A stretch of DNA of 64,000 nucleotides. Origin: Candidatus Latescibacterota bacterium. Lineage in GTDB: Bacteria > Latescibacterota > UBA2968. Below, in pieces: positions 46,400 through 55,992 of the stretch. The stretch is from positions 2,240,001 through 2,304,000 of the forward strand of contig OZ241986.1 in the NCBI GenBank assembly GCA_965204375.1. Direction: 5' to 3'. The position numbers were made by a program, and so were the translations under genes. The notes below the pieces were generated by a model. That model did no database searches. It was given only the letters and a program-made list of their open reading frames with translations, and was not told the origin of the DNA. Positions within the stretch are counted from its first letter, which is position 1, and each line of letters starts with the position of its first letter.

Positions 46400-49300
46400 T
46401 CAGTAGTCCCGTTGATTTTTTACAATCGCAAATATCTGTTCCGCGAGATTTTCGTCGTCGAGTTCTGACTTGATTGCTCTGAGGACCTCGCGTTCCTTAA
46501 CTCTATTTCCCCGCCAGCCATCCTTCTTCACATTTCGTATAGCGGAATCTATGGCAAGAGCCTTCGCCGCTTTGATATCTACGAGTGGCTCGGCGTCGTA
46601 GGATAGCTTTGGTTCTCGCACCTGCAAATTATCGAAAAGTGCCCGCAATGCGGCGCTATCAATGCTGGAAGGATAGGAGGCCTGCGTCTGCTGATTGCTG
46701 ATCCTTTTCGTCAGCACGACGATCCGGGACAAGTAATCCTTGTAATCTATTGCCTCTTGCTTGCGCTGGTAAATCAGAGCATCCAGCAACTCCGACATCT
46801 TCTCGTAGTACCTGGGATTGACCGCCATCTCGTCGATAATGAGCCGCCGCACATTGTTCTCAATCGCCTCGGCTACCGCTTCGGAATTCTTTCGGATGCC
46901 CTCGGGCAGCATCTCAATAGCTGCCTCACCGCGCTCGACAATCAGTTCCACAAGTGTCAAATCGTCAAATGTCGAAAGCTCCTCGCTCTCCTCTGCGCGG
47001 ATGTACGTATCGAGCAAATGCCGCATCGCTGGCTCGTACATCTTCAGATTGATGTAATCGCCGCTGGCCAGCTTGACCTCCTCGCGCACCTTTTCGTAGT
47101 GCCCCACTTCGGCCTTGATCTCCCGCACCTCGTCGTCGGAGTACCCGGCCTCGCGCATCTCATTCGCTATATTGGTATAAGCCCGCAGAAACGACGCGGT
47201 CATCTTGTAGAGGGCTATGCGCTTGGGTTCTTTATCATTGAGTTGTCCATCGTCGTCAGCAGCGCAGAAGAAGCGCAAATAATCCACAGTATCGCGCGGC
47301 GGTGCCACCGGCTCACACAGTGCCTTGACCGTCTCGCGCGTCTCCTCCAGCCGCTCCCGACCCTGCTTTAGCCGATCCTTCAATAAACCCCTCACGTCAT
47401 CGTCGTCATACCCCTCAAAAGCCTCGCCAGTATAATCCCTGATTGACCGCTCCAGCGACCGGAACAGATCCTTATAGTCAATGATATACCCGTATTCCTT
47501 GTCCTCACCGTCGAGGCGGTTGACGCGGCAGATCGCCTGAAACAGACCGTGATCCTGCATCTGCTTGTCAATATAGAGATAGGTAGCTGATGGTGCGTCA
47601 AAGCCAGTCAGCAATTTATCGACCACGATCAAGAGCTTCATCCGTCCCGGCTCATCGACAAAACGCTTCTTCACCTCCCGCTCGAACTGCCCAACCTTAT
47701 TCATCGCCGTGTCTTCCGGCTCATTAAAGTGATCTGCGAGCATCTTTCGATAGATATCGAACTGGCGCAACTTCTCGGTAAGCCCCTCGCCCGACTCTTC
47801 ACCTTTGATGTCTGCCGGAGCCGGCCTATAGGAAGTCACAATAGCGCATTTATCCGCCAAATCAGTCTGCTGGAACATCTCAAAAAAGCGGCAGGCCGAA
47901 TAAATACTACCTGAAACAAGCATCGCATTACCATACCCGCTCTGCAACCGATCGCGCGTTTCCATATCGAGCAGAATATCTGCGACGATCTTTTGCAGCC
48001 GATCCTGTGAACTCTGCACCTTCTGCATCGTGCCCCACCGTTTTTTGAGCTGCGCCTTCGCCGCGTTGGTCAGCCCCCTGGTTTTAAGCTCAAACCACTG
48101 ATCGATCCTATCCTGAGAGGTAATATTCTGGTCAATATCGCGCGCCTCGTAACGCAGATCCAACACCACATTGTCGCTCACAGCCTCGTCGTACTTATAG
48201 GTATGGATGTACGGCCCAAAGGTCTCGATACTCCGCCGCTTATCGGCTTTGAGCAACGGCGTCCCGGTAAAGCCAATCAGCATCGCGCTCGGCAACACAG
48301 TCTTCATTGCCTCGTGGAGTTTCCCAGACTGGGTGCGGTGGCACTCATCTACAAAAACGAATATCTCACCCTTTGCGCGGAAATCTTTGGGCAAGTGCCT
48401 GCGAATATCCTCGATAAACGCGTCGATATCGCCTTCCTCCGACGTGCCAAACTTTTGGATCAACGAGCAAATCAACCACTCGTTGCTGGCATTGAGCACG
48501 CGCACCAGATCAGCACCGCTACTCGTGCGGTAAATGTCTTCACTGACGCCCTTGAACACCTTTTCGATCTGTTCGTCCAGTTCCGTGCGGTCCGTGATAA
48601 TCAGCACCCGCGAGTCAGTAATATTTTCGCGAATCCACTTCGCCAGCCAGACCATGACCAGGCTCTTGCCACTGCCCTGAGTATGCCAGATAATGCCGCC
48701 CTCGCGTCGTTTCACCTGTTCTTGAGCCGCACGCACACCAAAATACTGATTGTGCCGACAGGTCTTCTTAATCCCTGCATCGAAAACTATGAAATTATGC
48801 ACAATATCGAGCAACCGCTCCTTGCTACAAAGTTGGCTCAGTTCCCGCAACAGCGGATTATCGCCAGCGTCCGGATGCGCCTCAGCCTCCTTCCAGCGCA
48901 ACCAGTACTTCTCCGGTGTCTCAATCACGCCATAGCGCAGACCCTCGGTTTCATTGCCCGCCATCACGAGTTGCACCGTAGTATAAAACGGACGAATAAA
49001 CGCCTTCTTCTGAGTATCGAGATTCTGGCGGATACCTTCAGTCACCGAGACCGTAGAACGCTTTAGCTCCAACACCCCCAACGCAATACCATTGACATAG
49101 AGCACGATATCCGGTCGCCTGGTGTTCTCCGCAGTAACCGTCACCTCCTCGGCGATGGCGAAGTCGTTGTTGCCCGGGTTCTTCCAGTCAATCAACCAGA
49201 CCGTATCCGTATGCTCACCCACATCCCGCTGCACCTTCACGCCATAACGCAGCAAACTATAGACCTCGCGGTTGACATCATAGAGCGTCTTACTACCCCC

Positions 49301-49516
49301 GATGGCAGCCGCTTTGCCCAACTCAAACAGCACCTTGGCGATGATCTTGCTATCGTGCCTTTGACGTTTGAGCCAATCGGTAACCAGTTCCTCTTCAATG
49401 TTACGGTTATTGACGCGGTCTTGCCAGTTACCGAGATAGGCATAACCCAGCGCATTCTTAAAAAACGCAATCACGCGCTTCTGCGTGAGAATCTCTCGTT
49501 GTCCGACCTTACTCAT
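46400..49516 (-). CDS. hsdR: Type I restriction endonuclease subunit R
   Basis: RPDIVLYVNG..ELK nuclease motif, WHTQGSGKS, DECHR, GFTGTP, LLTGFDAP, QAICRVNR. Confidence 0.96.
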   Translation of the reverse strand: MSKVGQREILTQKRVIAFFKNALGYAYLGNWQDRVNNRNIEEELVTDWLKRQRHDSKIIAKVLFELGKAAAIGGSKTLYDVNREVYSLLRYGVKVQRDVGEHTDTVWLIDWKNPGNNDFAIAEEVTVTAENTRRPDIVLYVNGIALGVLELKRSTVSVTEGIRQNLDTQKKAFIRPFYTTVQLVMAGNETEGLRYGVIETPEKYWLRWKEAEAHPDAGDNPLLRELSQLCSKERLLDIVHNFIVFDAGIKKTCRHNQYFGVRAAQEQVKRREGGIIWHTQGSGKSLVMVWLAKWIRENITDSRVLIITDRTELDEQIEKVFKGVSEDIYRTSSGADLVRVLNASNEWLICSLIQKFGTSEEGDIDAFIEDIRRHLPKDFRAKGEIFVFVDECHRTQSGKLHEAMKTVLPSAMLIGFTGTPLLKADKRRSIETFGPYIHTYKYDEAVSDNVVLDLRYEARDIDQNITSQDRIDQWFELKTRGLTNAAKAQLKKRWGTMQKVQSSQDRLQKIVADILLDMETRDRLQSGYGNAMLVSGSIYSACRFFEMFQQTDLADKCAIVTSYRPAPADIKGEESGEGLTEKLRQFDIYRKMLADHFNEPEDTAMNKVGQFEREVKKRFVDEPGRMKLLIVVDKLLTGFDAPSATYLYIDKQMQDHGLFQAICRVNRLDGEDKEYGYIIDYKDLFRSLERSIRDYTGEAFEGYDDDDVRGLLKDRLKQGRERLEETRETVKALCEPVAPPRDTVDYLRFFCAADDDGQLNDKEPKRIALYKMTASFLRAYTNIANEMREAGYSDDEVREIKAEVGHYEKVREEVKLASGDYINLKMYEPAMRHLLDTYIRAEESEELSTFDDLTLVELIVERGEAAIEMLPEGIRKNSEAVAEAIENNVRRLIIDEMAVNPRYYEKMSELLDALIYQRKQEAIDYKDYLSRIVVLTKRISNQQTQASYPSSIDSAALRALFDNLQVREPKLSYDAEPLVDIKAAKALAIDSAIRNVKKDGWRGNRVKEREVLRAIKSELDDENLAEQIFAIVKNQRDY

Positions 49517-49987
49517 CCTTTGTCTCCACTACTTTCCAATGGCCTCCCCTGGCGGGCCCGATCCGTTCAAGGACACCCATTTTTTTTAGCTTACTGATCT
49601 GCCACTCGATTCCCTTTGCTGTGATTTCGAGTTGGTTCGCCAATTCCGCTGTGGTGATTGAGGGATTGGCGGCGATCAGGGTCAAAATTTTCTCCCTAGT
49701 TTTCCCCTAGTTTTCTCCCTGGTTTTCTCTTGTTCTTGGGTAGTTTCTTGGGTAGTTTCTTGGGTAGTTTCTTGGGTAGTTTCTTGGGTAGTTTCTTGGG
49801 TAGTTTCTTGGGTAGTTTCTTGGGTAGTGGCACTGCCGACAGGGGAATCGGGCACTTGATACGCAGCGGAGAATGGAAACCTCAACCACAGACCGTCGTC
49901 GCCCTGAGCATTGGCGAATCCGCAGACCCATTTCAGGTATTCGTCTCGCCACGACTCTTTCCATTCAATGTTCTGGCTCTCGCTCAT
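49509..49987 (-). pseudogene. Internally deleted and frameshifted AlbA_2...wHTH gene
   Basis: AlbA_2 N-terminus (ESQNIEWKESWRDEYLKWVCGFANAQG) joined directly to C-terminal GLWLRFPF and a (TTQE)8 linker. After a 1-bp loss near 49705, another frame encodes a wHTH (REKILTLIAANPSITTAELA...RIGPARGGHWKV) whose stop overlaps the hsdR start. Confidence 0.8.
49733..49828. repeat. Perfect 12-bp tandem repeat (TTCTTGGGTAGT)x8
   Basis: Eight exact copies; encodes TTQE on the minus strand. Confidence 0.97.
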
Positions 49988-51522
49988 GCCTCTGTATCCC
50001 TTGTCTTCAGACCTGAAAGAGCAGCCCGTCCCTTGTCCGTTAACCGGTACTTCTGCAATGGGCTACGCGGTTTGTCAGGGACAGTCCTTTCCAGTAATCC
50101 CTCATTCAGGAGTCGGTCAAGCCATCTTCTGAAGTTGGTCGTTCGGCTCGAATAACCTGCAGCAGTCAACAATGCTTCACTCGAAACTGCACCTCGGGCG
50201 CACGCCTGCAGCATAGCAGCCTCTTTGAGTGACAATGCTGCTTGGACCCCTGCTTGGACCCCTGCTTGGACCCCTGCTTGGACCCCTGCTTGGACCCCTG
50301 CTTGCCCCGCAAGTGCCGCCCGCCAAACCGTCGTTACAAACCCCTGGGGGACAGCGAACTCCGGTTCTGGCAAGCCCGCCTTCACACAGCGACGGATCAT
50401 ATCCAGCGTTCCGGTTCCCATCCTTTCAATATATTCGGCAAGGTACATAGATTCCGCCAGCAGAGGATTGCCGGGTACCGACGTGTGCGCGACCCGCAAC
50501 TTCTCTAATGTCAGTGGCGGCGGTAGCCTGCCAGGATTCCAGACCTCCAACCGGTCCGCGAAGAGCATGACCTGCACACTACCATTGTCCGTATAGTCGC
50601 GGTGCGCCACCGCGTTGACAATAGCTTCTGTCACAACTTCTTCCGGAATTTCATAAGTACGGGGAGCGCGGGCACTCTCCGCCCGTGTGCCTATTGACCG
50701 ATTGATCTTACTCAACACGAAATCTACCGCCTGATCAACAAGATCGAACACCGTACCCTTATAGACCTGGTAGGACGGAATTGGTTTGGCGACCTCTGTC
50801 CCGTGAAAGTGAGCACATCTAACTTCGGAAGAAATGAGATGCCGCTGAGGTGCCTTCCCGAACAGCAACACCGCTGCATTCGTCAACCGCCCGTCGTTCA
50901 ACAGTTTTAGATGCTCCAGCAACTCCTCGGGAGACGAGTCCTCTGGCAGAGGGAACTGCCTGACTCTGCGTGCAGTGCGGATGAATCGAATAATTCGCTC
51001 GAAATCGAGATCGTCCAGCACCGCCTTTTCGCATGGTGCCGCATCAAATGGCCCCCAGCGGATCAGTTCTTTGACTTCCAAATACTCTACCAACGCCGCA
51101 TACAGCCCGGTTACCAGTTCTGCCTGAGTATTGAATCGTTTCCGAATTAGCCCCGCCTGCGCCTTACCGATCAACGCCTCCATCTTCGGATGCCGGACGT
51201 GGTTCTCTGTTCCTTTCACGAAGATCAGCCGATGCACACCCAGAGTAGTCGCGCGGTCAAACTCACGTTCCGTGGGCGACAGCCCTTCCGCGTCCTCTGT
51301 CCCGTAGTCACCACCAAATAATCCCACATAGAGATCGCACCGTTCAACTTCATCCAAATAGAGCGCATCGGGGCGCCGATCTGACGCTGGCACATCCTCA
51401 AACAGAAACACCTCGAAGAACCGCCGCATCAGCGGATCTCCGCGCAGATAATCGCGCAACGCCGCTCGCTCTTGTGCGAACTCCGTTTGTACGCTGCTGA
51501 TAAAAATGCGAAGTGGAGTCAT
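49984..51522 (-). CDS. DUF4062-domain + HATPase_c_4 + winged-helix protein
   Basis: RIFISSVQTEFAQER, EVERCDLYVGLFGGDYG, SPTEREF (DUF4062); EAIVNAVAHRDY, NPG, IERMGTG; DKPRSPLQKYRLT C-terminus. Confidence 0.85.
   Translation of the reverse strand: MTPLRIFISSVQTEFAQERAALRDYLRGDPLMRRFFEVFLFEDVPASDRRPDALYLDEVERCDLYVGLFGGDYGTEDAEGLSPTEREFDRATTLGVHRLIFVKGTENHVRHPKMEALIGKAQAGLIRKRFNTQAELVTGLYAALVEYLEVKELIRWGPFDAAPCEKAVLDDLDFERIIRFIRTARRVRQFPLPEDSSPEELLEHLKLLNDGRLTNAAVLLFGKAPQRHLISSEVRCAHFHGTEVAKPIPSYQVYKGTVFDLVDQAVDFVLSKINRSIGTRAESARAPRTYEIPEEVVTEAIVNAVAHRDYTDNGSVQVMLFADRLEVWNPGRLPPPLTLEKLRVAHTSVPGNPLLAESMYLAEYIERMGTGTLDMIRRCVKAGLPEPEFAVPQGFVTTVWRAALAGQAGVQAGVQAGVQAGVQAGVQAALSLKEAAMLQACARGAVSSEALLTAAGYSSRTTNFRRWLDRLLNEGLLERTVPDKPRSPLQKYRLTDKGRAALSGLKTRDTEA
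50239..50304. repeat. 12-bp tandem repeat (TGCTTGGACCCC)x5.5
   Basis: Exact copies; encodes QAGV on the minus strand. Confidence 0.96.
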
Positions 51523-51555
51523 GTTAAAACCTGTTCACTGACAAGACTGTCGTGA

Positions 51556-53094
51556 TTAAAAGGGTAGGTCAATTGGTTCATTCTGAATGGACGATTCTGT
51601 CTTCGCGGGGTTTAAGAAAGTCGAAAGTTCCTTCAACTTATTCAAAAGTTCGTCGAATGTAACGATTTCGACATCCTTAGAATTTCGGCGATAGAGCTCA
51701 AATGATTTGTGCTGATCTTTGTCAGATGGCATTTTACCGATGATTAGACAGCAATGAACCGAATATGTTTCGATGCCATATATTCCACTATTTTCTTTAA
51801 TTAGTGCAATTTCGCGCTCCAATATATCCTTCTGATCAAGCACCTGATTGATTGATCCCGAAAGCTCGGATGACGGCGTGTAAACACCAGAGCGAAAGGG
51901 CTTCTTATTGAAGAGTTGCGTCTGAGGCTTCTTAATTTCAATGATCGCGGTATTGTTGGTCATGCTATTCTTCACTAAAAAATCGGTGATCTTTTCACCC
52001 GATCCTGAAATTTTCCGTCCACCAACCGAAGCCTGATCCTGGACTTTGATAATTGGATAACCGAAAGCCAAACTCAGGATGAATGGGTTTTCATTCAAAA
52101 ACTTTTGCCAATCGCCCTCGGGGAAATTTTTATTGATCATCTCCTCATAACGCACGATCAAGTTATCGAGCGTAGCGAGTTCAATATCGCTTTGCAGCTT
52201 CACGAGCTTTTCTGGCTGGGTCTCTGCAAAGGCTTTGACGTTCTTCCCCATGACGTCAAGCACTGCTACCTGTTCACCATCCGACAGTGGCTCTTCGCCC
52301 TGAGCCACGGACATAAGTAGTTTTCGCAACGGATGTCGTCCAACTGTTATGGGAATTTCTGGTTGTCCGATCTTTTCTGCAAAAAAATTATAGACTTCTC
52401 CCTCCTTGACGGACTCTGCAGCCTTTCGACTCAGATTGGTGATATTGTTTAGAGTCTTTCGAGCCATCTCAAAGTCATCAAACGAGATGTAGAAAATCTT
52501 TTTTTCTTGATTGATACCGGTTATCTGTTCTGAGATCACGATCTCGGTACAGTCGGAGAGTTCTTCTATCGCATTGACAATGAACCTATAGGGGTTCGCC
52601 AGTCCCAATCCGTAATCGTAGTCCTTAGTAAAGGCAGGTGGCAATCCCTCCAGCACCTTCATAACATCTTCCTGTGTTGAAGGGACAACCTTAAGAGATT
52701 CTATATCTTCCGGGCCTTTCTCCATTGGCATAGTAGGCCCGAAGTAAGGAGACAGAAAGGCTCCATCCGAGTCTGAAGGCACCTCACTGTCGTCAGGAAA
52801 AAAGACCAAATTGGCATCTCCAAGTGTGATGCTTCTGATTTGCTTATATTTTGGTTGTAAGAAATCAGCTCGGTCACCGCGTGCTTTGATCGGGAAAATC
52901 GTTATACACTGATTCAGACCGTCAATCTTGAGCAGTTTGACGCGGTGCCTGGCTCTACTGTCTGGATTCATCCCAGACAATGCAAGGCTCTCCTGCGATG
53001 GCAGGTAAAAGACCTCAACGCAATCCGAAGAAAGCTCTTCCACTACCAGACTTCCATGGAGATATTCGTCAAAAGGCTGTGATATACGGGCCAT
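51556..53094 (-). CDS. sduA: Shedu anti-phage nuclease (DUF4263)
   Basis: EGDWQKFLNENPFIL, TDFL, IIEIKKP, ELSGSINQVLDQ, IIG, IVTFDELL; ~300-aa N-terminal region. Confidence 0.88.
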   Translation of the reverse strand: MARISQPFDEYLHGSLVVEELSSDCVEVFYLPSQESLALSGMNPDSRARHRVKLLKIDGLNQCITIFPIKARGDRADFLQPKYKQIRSITLGDANLVFFPDDSEVPSDSDGAFLSPYFGPTMPMEKGPEDIESLKVVPSTQEDVMKVLEGLPPAFTKDYDYGLGLANPYRFIVNAIEELSDCTEIVISEQITGINQEKKIFYISFDDFEMARKTLNNITNLSRKAAESVKEGEVYNFFAEKIGQPEIPITVGRHPLRKLLMSVAQGEEPLSDGEQVAVLDVMGKNVKAFAETQPEKLVKLQSDIELATLDNLIVRYEEMINKNFPEGDWQKFLNENPFILSLAFGYPIIKVQDQASVGGRKISGSGEKITDFLVKNSMTNNTAIIEIKKPQTQLFNKKPFRSGVYTPSSELSGSINQVLDQKDILEREIALIKENSGIYGIETYSVHCCLIIGKMPSDKDQHKSFELYRRNSKDVEIVTFDELLNKLKELSTFLNPAKTESSIQNEPIDLPF

Positions 53095-53110
53095 AGATGA
53101 TCATCTCTCG

Positions 53111-54985
53111 TTAATAATCGAACAACTTCTGACAACTCTCGATTGCTCGGGCGAGATTGGCGTCCGAGAAGATGGAACGGTCGAGCTTTGGCTTCCATTC
53201 CGGGTTACTGCGAATCACTTCCTTCACACTCTCAACGGAAACCTCCTCCTCAACCTCACCTAATTCTTCAACCGCCATATCTACAGTCGTCAGCAATTCC
53301 AGATCGTTGTTCGTCTTGTATCGAAACTGTTCTAACCATTGGAGTACCTCGCTCCCATACCATCTATCAAAATAGCTCTCTGCTTCGTCAAAATTAGTAC
53401 TCGCGATAAACCCTTGCCCTTTGCCGCTTCTGTGTTGACGCACATAGTCTTTTTGAAGGGCGATTTTCTCCGGTCCCCCGTACCTCGTCTGTGGATTGTA
53501 CGGACCAGCCGCCTTTTTTATATAACCTTCAGCGTGGCCCTCCTTATGCCGATGAAGCAAATACGAGAGCTTGGTATAACGCATTCGGCCCAGAGGATAC
53601 TGTTCGTTACCGAAATGCTTGGCCAATACTGAAATCACGACTGCTTCGTTGAAGTGCCAGTTATGCTTCCTCCCAGCGGATCTTGCCGCTGCCAATTCCT
53701 CTGTCGTCGTCTCAGGCTGGACCAGCCGTATCCGACCAGTAAGAAGTTGCTGCATCATACTCTGCTTGACAGCGCGGGTCTTATCCCGGCGTTGTTCCAG
53801 CGCGGCGATCTCGGCATCCATGTCGGAGAGGACGGTAGCGAGAGCGAACTGTTCCTTTACTTGCGGTAGGTGTACCTCAAAATTCTGCATTACACCCCAG
53901 TCCGCTCTCGGCATGTGTGTTCCATAGGAAATACTTGCTGCTTCGATGAATTGGTCACTTTGAACAATGGCATGCAAGAAACCGCTGTCTGCCTGATGGG
54001 GATCGGTCATCAGCGGCCATATCTCAGTTGTACATATACCATCCCGATCAGAGAGCCAAAACTTGCGAAGATATGAGCGAAGCCGACCAAAGAGGACATC
54101 ACCAACAAAGAAACGATATTTGGACGATGTCGAGTGCTGTGCCGTAGAACACCCTAGCAACCGCCCACTGCCTTGCTCTATATGGTCAAGTTCCACACAG
54201 GGAGTATCTAAGGGCACATTTGAAGGTAGAATCTTATGATTACGAATGGAAACAAATTCTCCCAAGCGTTTCGTCTCCCATTCCCCACTAAAACCCGGCA
54301 GTCGGGTCTTGCCAGTGAGGAGTTGCTGCATAGCGGCCTGCTTGATGGCTCGCTTCTTGGCGATCAGTTCCTCCAGCGCCGCAAGCAATCCATCCACATC
54401 CGACAACGCCTCAGCGATGGCGCGTTGCTCACTTAGGGGGGGTAGTACAACATAGACTGCTTTTAAGATCTGCGTATTGAGCGAGGCCATGGTTTGACCA
54501 ACAGCAACACCACGAACTCGTTTCTTAAATGGTTCGGAGTGGAAGTGATAGCTGAGATAGGGAGGATATGTAGTGTTGTCTAATGTTCTTACCCTGAGCA
54601 GACGCCCAGAAAATAGCCAGCCGTCTTCTTTTTTTTTGACGAGTGAGTTGCGATCTACCGAGCCCACTCGGCTAAAAACAATATCGCCCGTACGAAGACC
54701 GTAACTCTTTAAGCGAGATCTGTCTGTATCAGAGACCAAGGGTAGATTATGGTGGATGATACCATGCTCGCTCAGATGCTCAACTGTGATTATCGGTGTA
54801 CCATCGTCGGCATAATCGCGTTCATGCAATGCGGATCCAAATGGTCCAGTTTTCACATCCGCAACTGAGGATATTGCCTCAACGCTCCAGTCTTGGGGTA
54901 TGACTCCAATGTCACTTCGTTTATGTACATTGATCATATTATCGTCAACAGGCTGGAAGTCCTGTTGGATCTCAGTAGTATTCAT
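53111..54985 (-). CDS. hsdS: Type I R-M specificity subunit with an extra ~200-aa C-terminal domain
   Basis: IPQDW; two TRDs; conserved LPPLSEQRAIA...MQQLLTG and LPQVKEQ...MQQLLTG spacers; then an in-frame extension. Confidence 0.92.
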   Translation of the reverse strand: MNTTEIQQDFQPVDDNMINVHKRSDIGVIPQDWSVEAISSVADVKTGPFGSALHERDYADDGTPIITVEHLSEHGIIHHNLPLVSDTDRSRLKSYGLRTGDIVFSRVGSVDRNSLVKKKEDGWLFSGRLLRVRTLDNTTYPPYLSYHFHSEPFKKRVRGVAVGQTMASLNTQILKAVYVVLPPLSEQRAIAEALSDVDGLLAALEELIAKKRAIKQAAMQQLLTGKTRLPGFSGEWETKRLGEFVSIRNHKILPSNVPLDTPCVELDHIEQGSGRLLGCSTAQHSTSSKYRFFVGDVLFGRLRSYLRKFWLSDRDGICTTEIWPLMTDPHQADSGFLHAIVQSDQFIEAASISYGTHMPRADWGVMQNFEVHLPQVKEQFALATVLSDMDAEIAALEQRRDKTRAVKQSMMQQLLTGRIRLVQPETTTEELAAARSAGRKHNWHFNEAVVISVLAKHFGNEQYPLGRMRYTKLSYLLHRHKEGHAEGYIKKAAGPYNPQTRYGGPEKIALQKDYVRQHRSGKGQGFIASTNFDEAESYFDRWYGSEVLQWLEQFRYKTNNDLELLTTVDMAVEELGEVEEEVSVESVKEVIRSNPEWKPKLDRSIFSDANLARAIESCQKLFDY

Positions 54986-55038
54986 CCTTGCTCCGCCTCT
55001 ATCTTCTTTAAATGTTCCTCAACCCTCGTGCTAAACGC
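54982..55038 (-). pseudogene. Orphan 3' end of a second hsdM allele
   Basis: Reads AFSTRVEEHLKKIEAEQG-stop, versus DFSAKVEGHLKKMGIVM-stop for the intact HsdM. Its TGA overlaps the hsdS ATG. Confidence 0.75.
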
Positions 55039-55093
55039 TAAAATAAGCCACTGCAAAGTGTCAATCGCCAGTGTTCCTCCACCTCAACCTATA

Positions 55094-55939
55094 CTATCCT
55101 TGGCACAACTCAGCTATCATCGCCGCATTTTCCCCAAGTTGGTCATTGAATTTTTGATACATGCCCACCAGAAGAACATCATCGGGCTTTATATTTTTGA
55201 GGGTAAAAGCAAACTCTTCGCGGATCTGATTCTTGGAGTTAATAGCGCGTCCAGCCGCGAGAACTTTGAAAGTAATACACGGCTTATCAGTGCTGCGAAT
55301 AATACCACACATGCGGTCGCGGTGTTCGCGGAGATAGATTTCACTCAGGGGTTGATGACCAAATTTTTGTTCAAATTCTTCGCGTGCGCCCTGCAAATAA
55401 TACAGCGCGGTCATGTAATAGTCGATATCCCAATCTTCTTCTTCGGCAATCTCAATAATGCGGGGATTGTGTACCGACAGCCCGACCATAACCCCCGTGT
55501 TGCGAATGCGCTTGAGAATATCTCGCAGATAATCCAGGCGATTTTCCTGAAAACATCGCCCGGCAACACCGCTCCCATGGGGCGCCATACCAATGGGATT
55601 GTGTTTGGCGGCTTCGTCGATCAGTGAGGGATCGTCATACCAGTGTCCCCCCCTACTGAGACAGAAGTAATGAATCGTCCCCCCTTCATCCCGGTATCGC
55701 TGAAGATCGGCTGCCGAGCGTTCGGTAAGCGTATTTTGCCAGGCGTTAATACCCACCTCTTCTGCGCGGCGCAAAGTCGCCATAACCTGATCGGATGTAT
55801 TGGCTTCTTGCTGATGCTGTGAGAGCAATTGATTAAAATGAGCATACCCGTAGATCGGATTGTCGCCCATGATAAGACGGCTGATCTGATATTGTCCAAA
55901 TTGAACCTTTGGAAGATTTATCGCATTTGATACGGACAT
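55094..55939 (-). CDS. Aldo/keto-reductase-like (NADP oxidoreductase fold) hypothetical protein
   Basis: LPKVQFG..ISRLIMGDNP, VGLSVHNP, KPCITFKVLAAGR, LVGM; AAGGAG RBS. Confidence 0.65.
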   Translation of the reverse strand: MSVSNAINLPKVQFGQYQISRLIMGDNPIYGYAHFNQLLSQHQQEANTSDQVMATLRRAEEVGINAWQNTLTERSAADLQRYRDEGGTIHYFCLSRGGHWYDDPSLIDEAAKHNPIGMAPHGSGVAGRCFQENRLDYLRDILKRIRNTGVMVGLSVHNPRIIEIAEEEDWDIDYYMTALYYLQGAREEFEQKFGHQPLSEIYLREHRDRMCGIIRSTDKPCITFKVLAAGRAINSKNQIREEFAFTLKNIKPDDVLLVGMYQKFNDQLGENAAMIAELCQG

Positions 55940-55992
55940 GTTATTTCTCCTTCGTTTTACTTACTGGTCTGCGAAAAAATTTGACTGTAAGA

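Noticed and set aside
49707-50596. ORFs with YPRN, FLGS, WTPA, LLGP or DPCL repeats, and a possible CRISPR interpretation
   Set aside because: These are alternative frames of the two 12-bp tandem repeats. There are no spacers and no cas genes.
53111-54985. Invertible (shufflon-type) hsdS phase variation
   Set aside because: There is only one hsdS, with no silent TRD copies, recombinase or long inverted repeats in the window.
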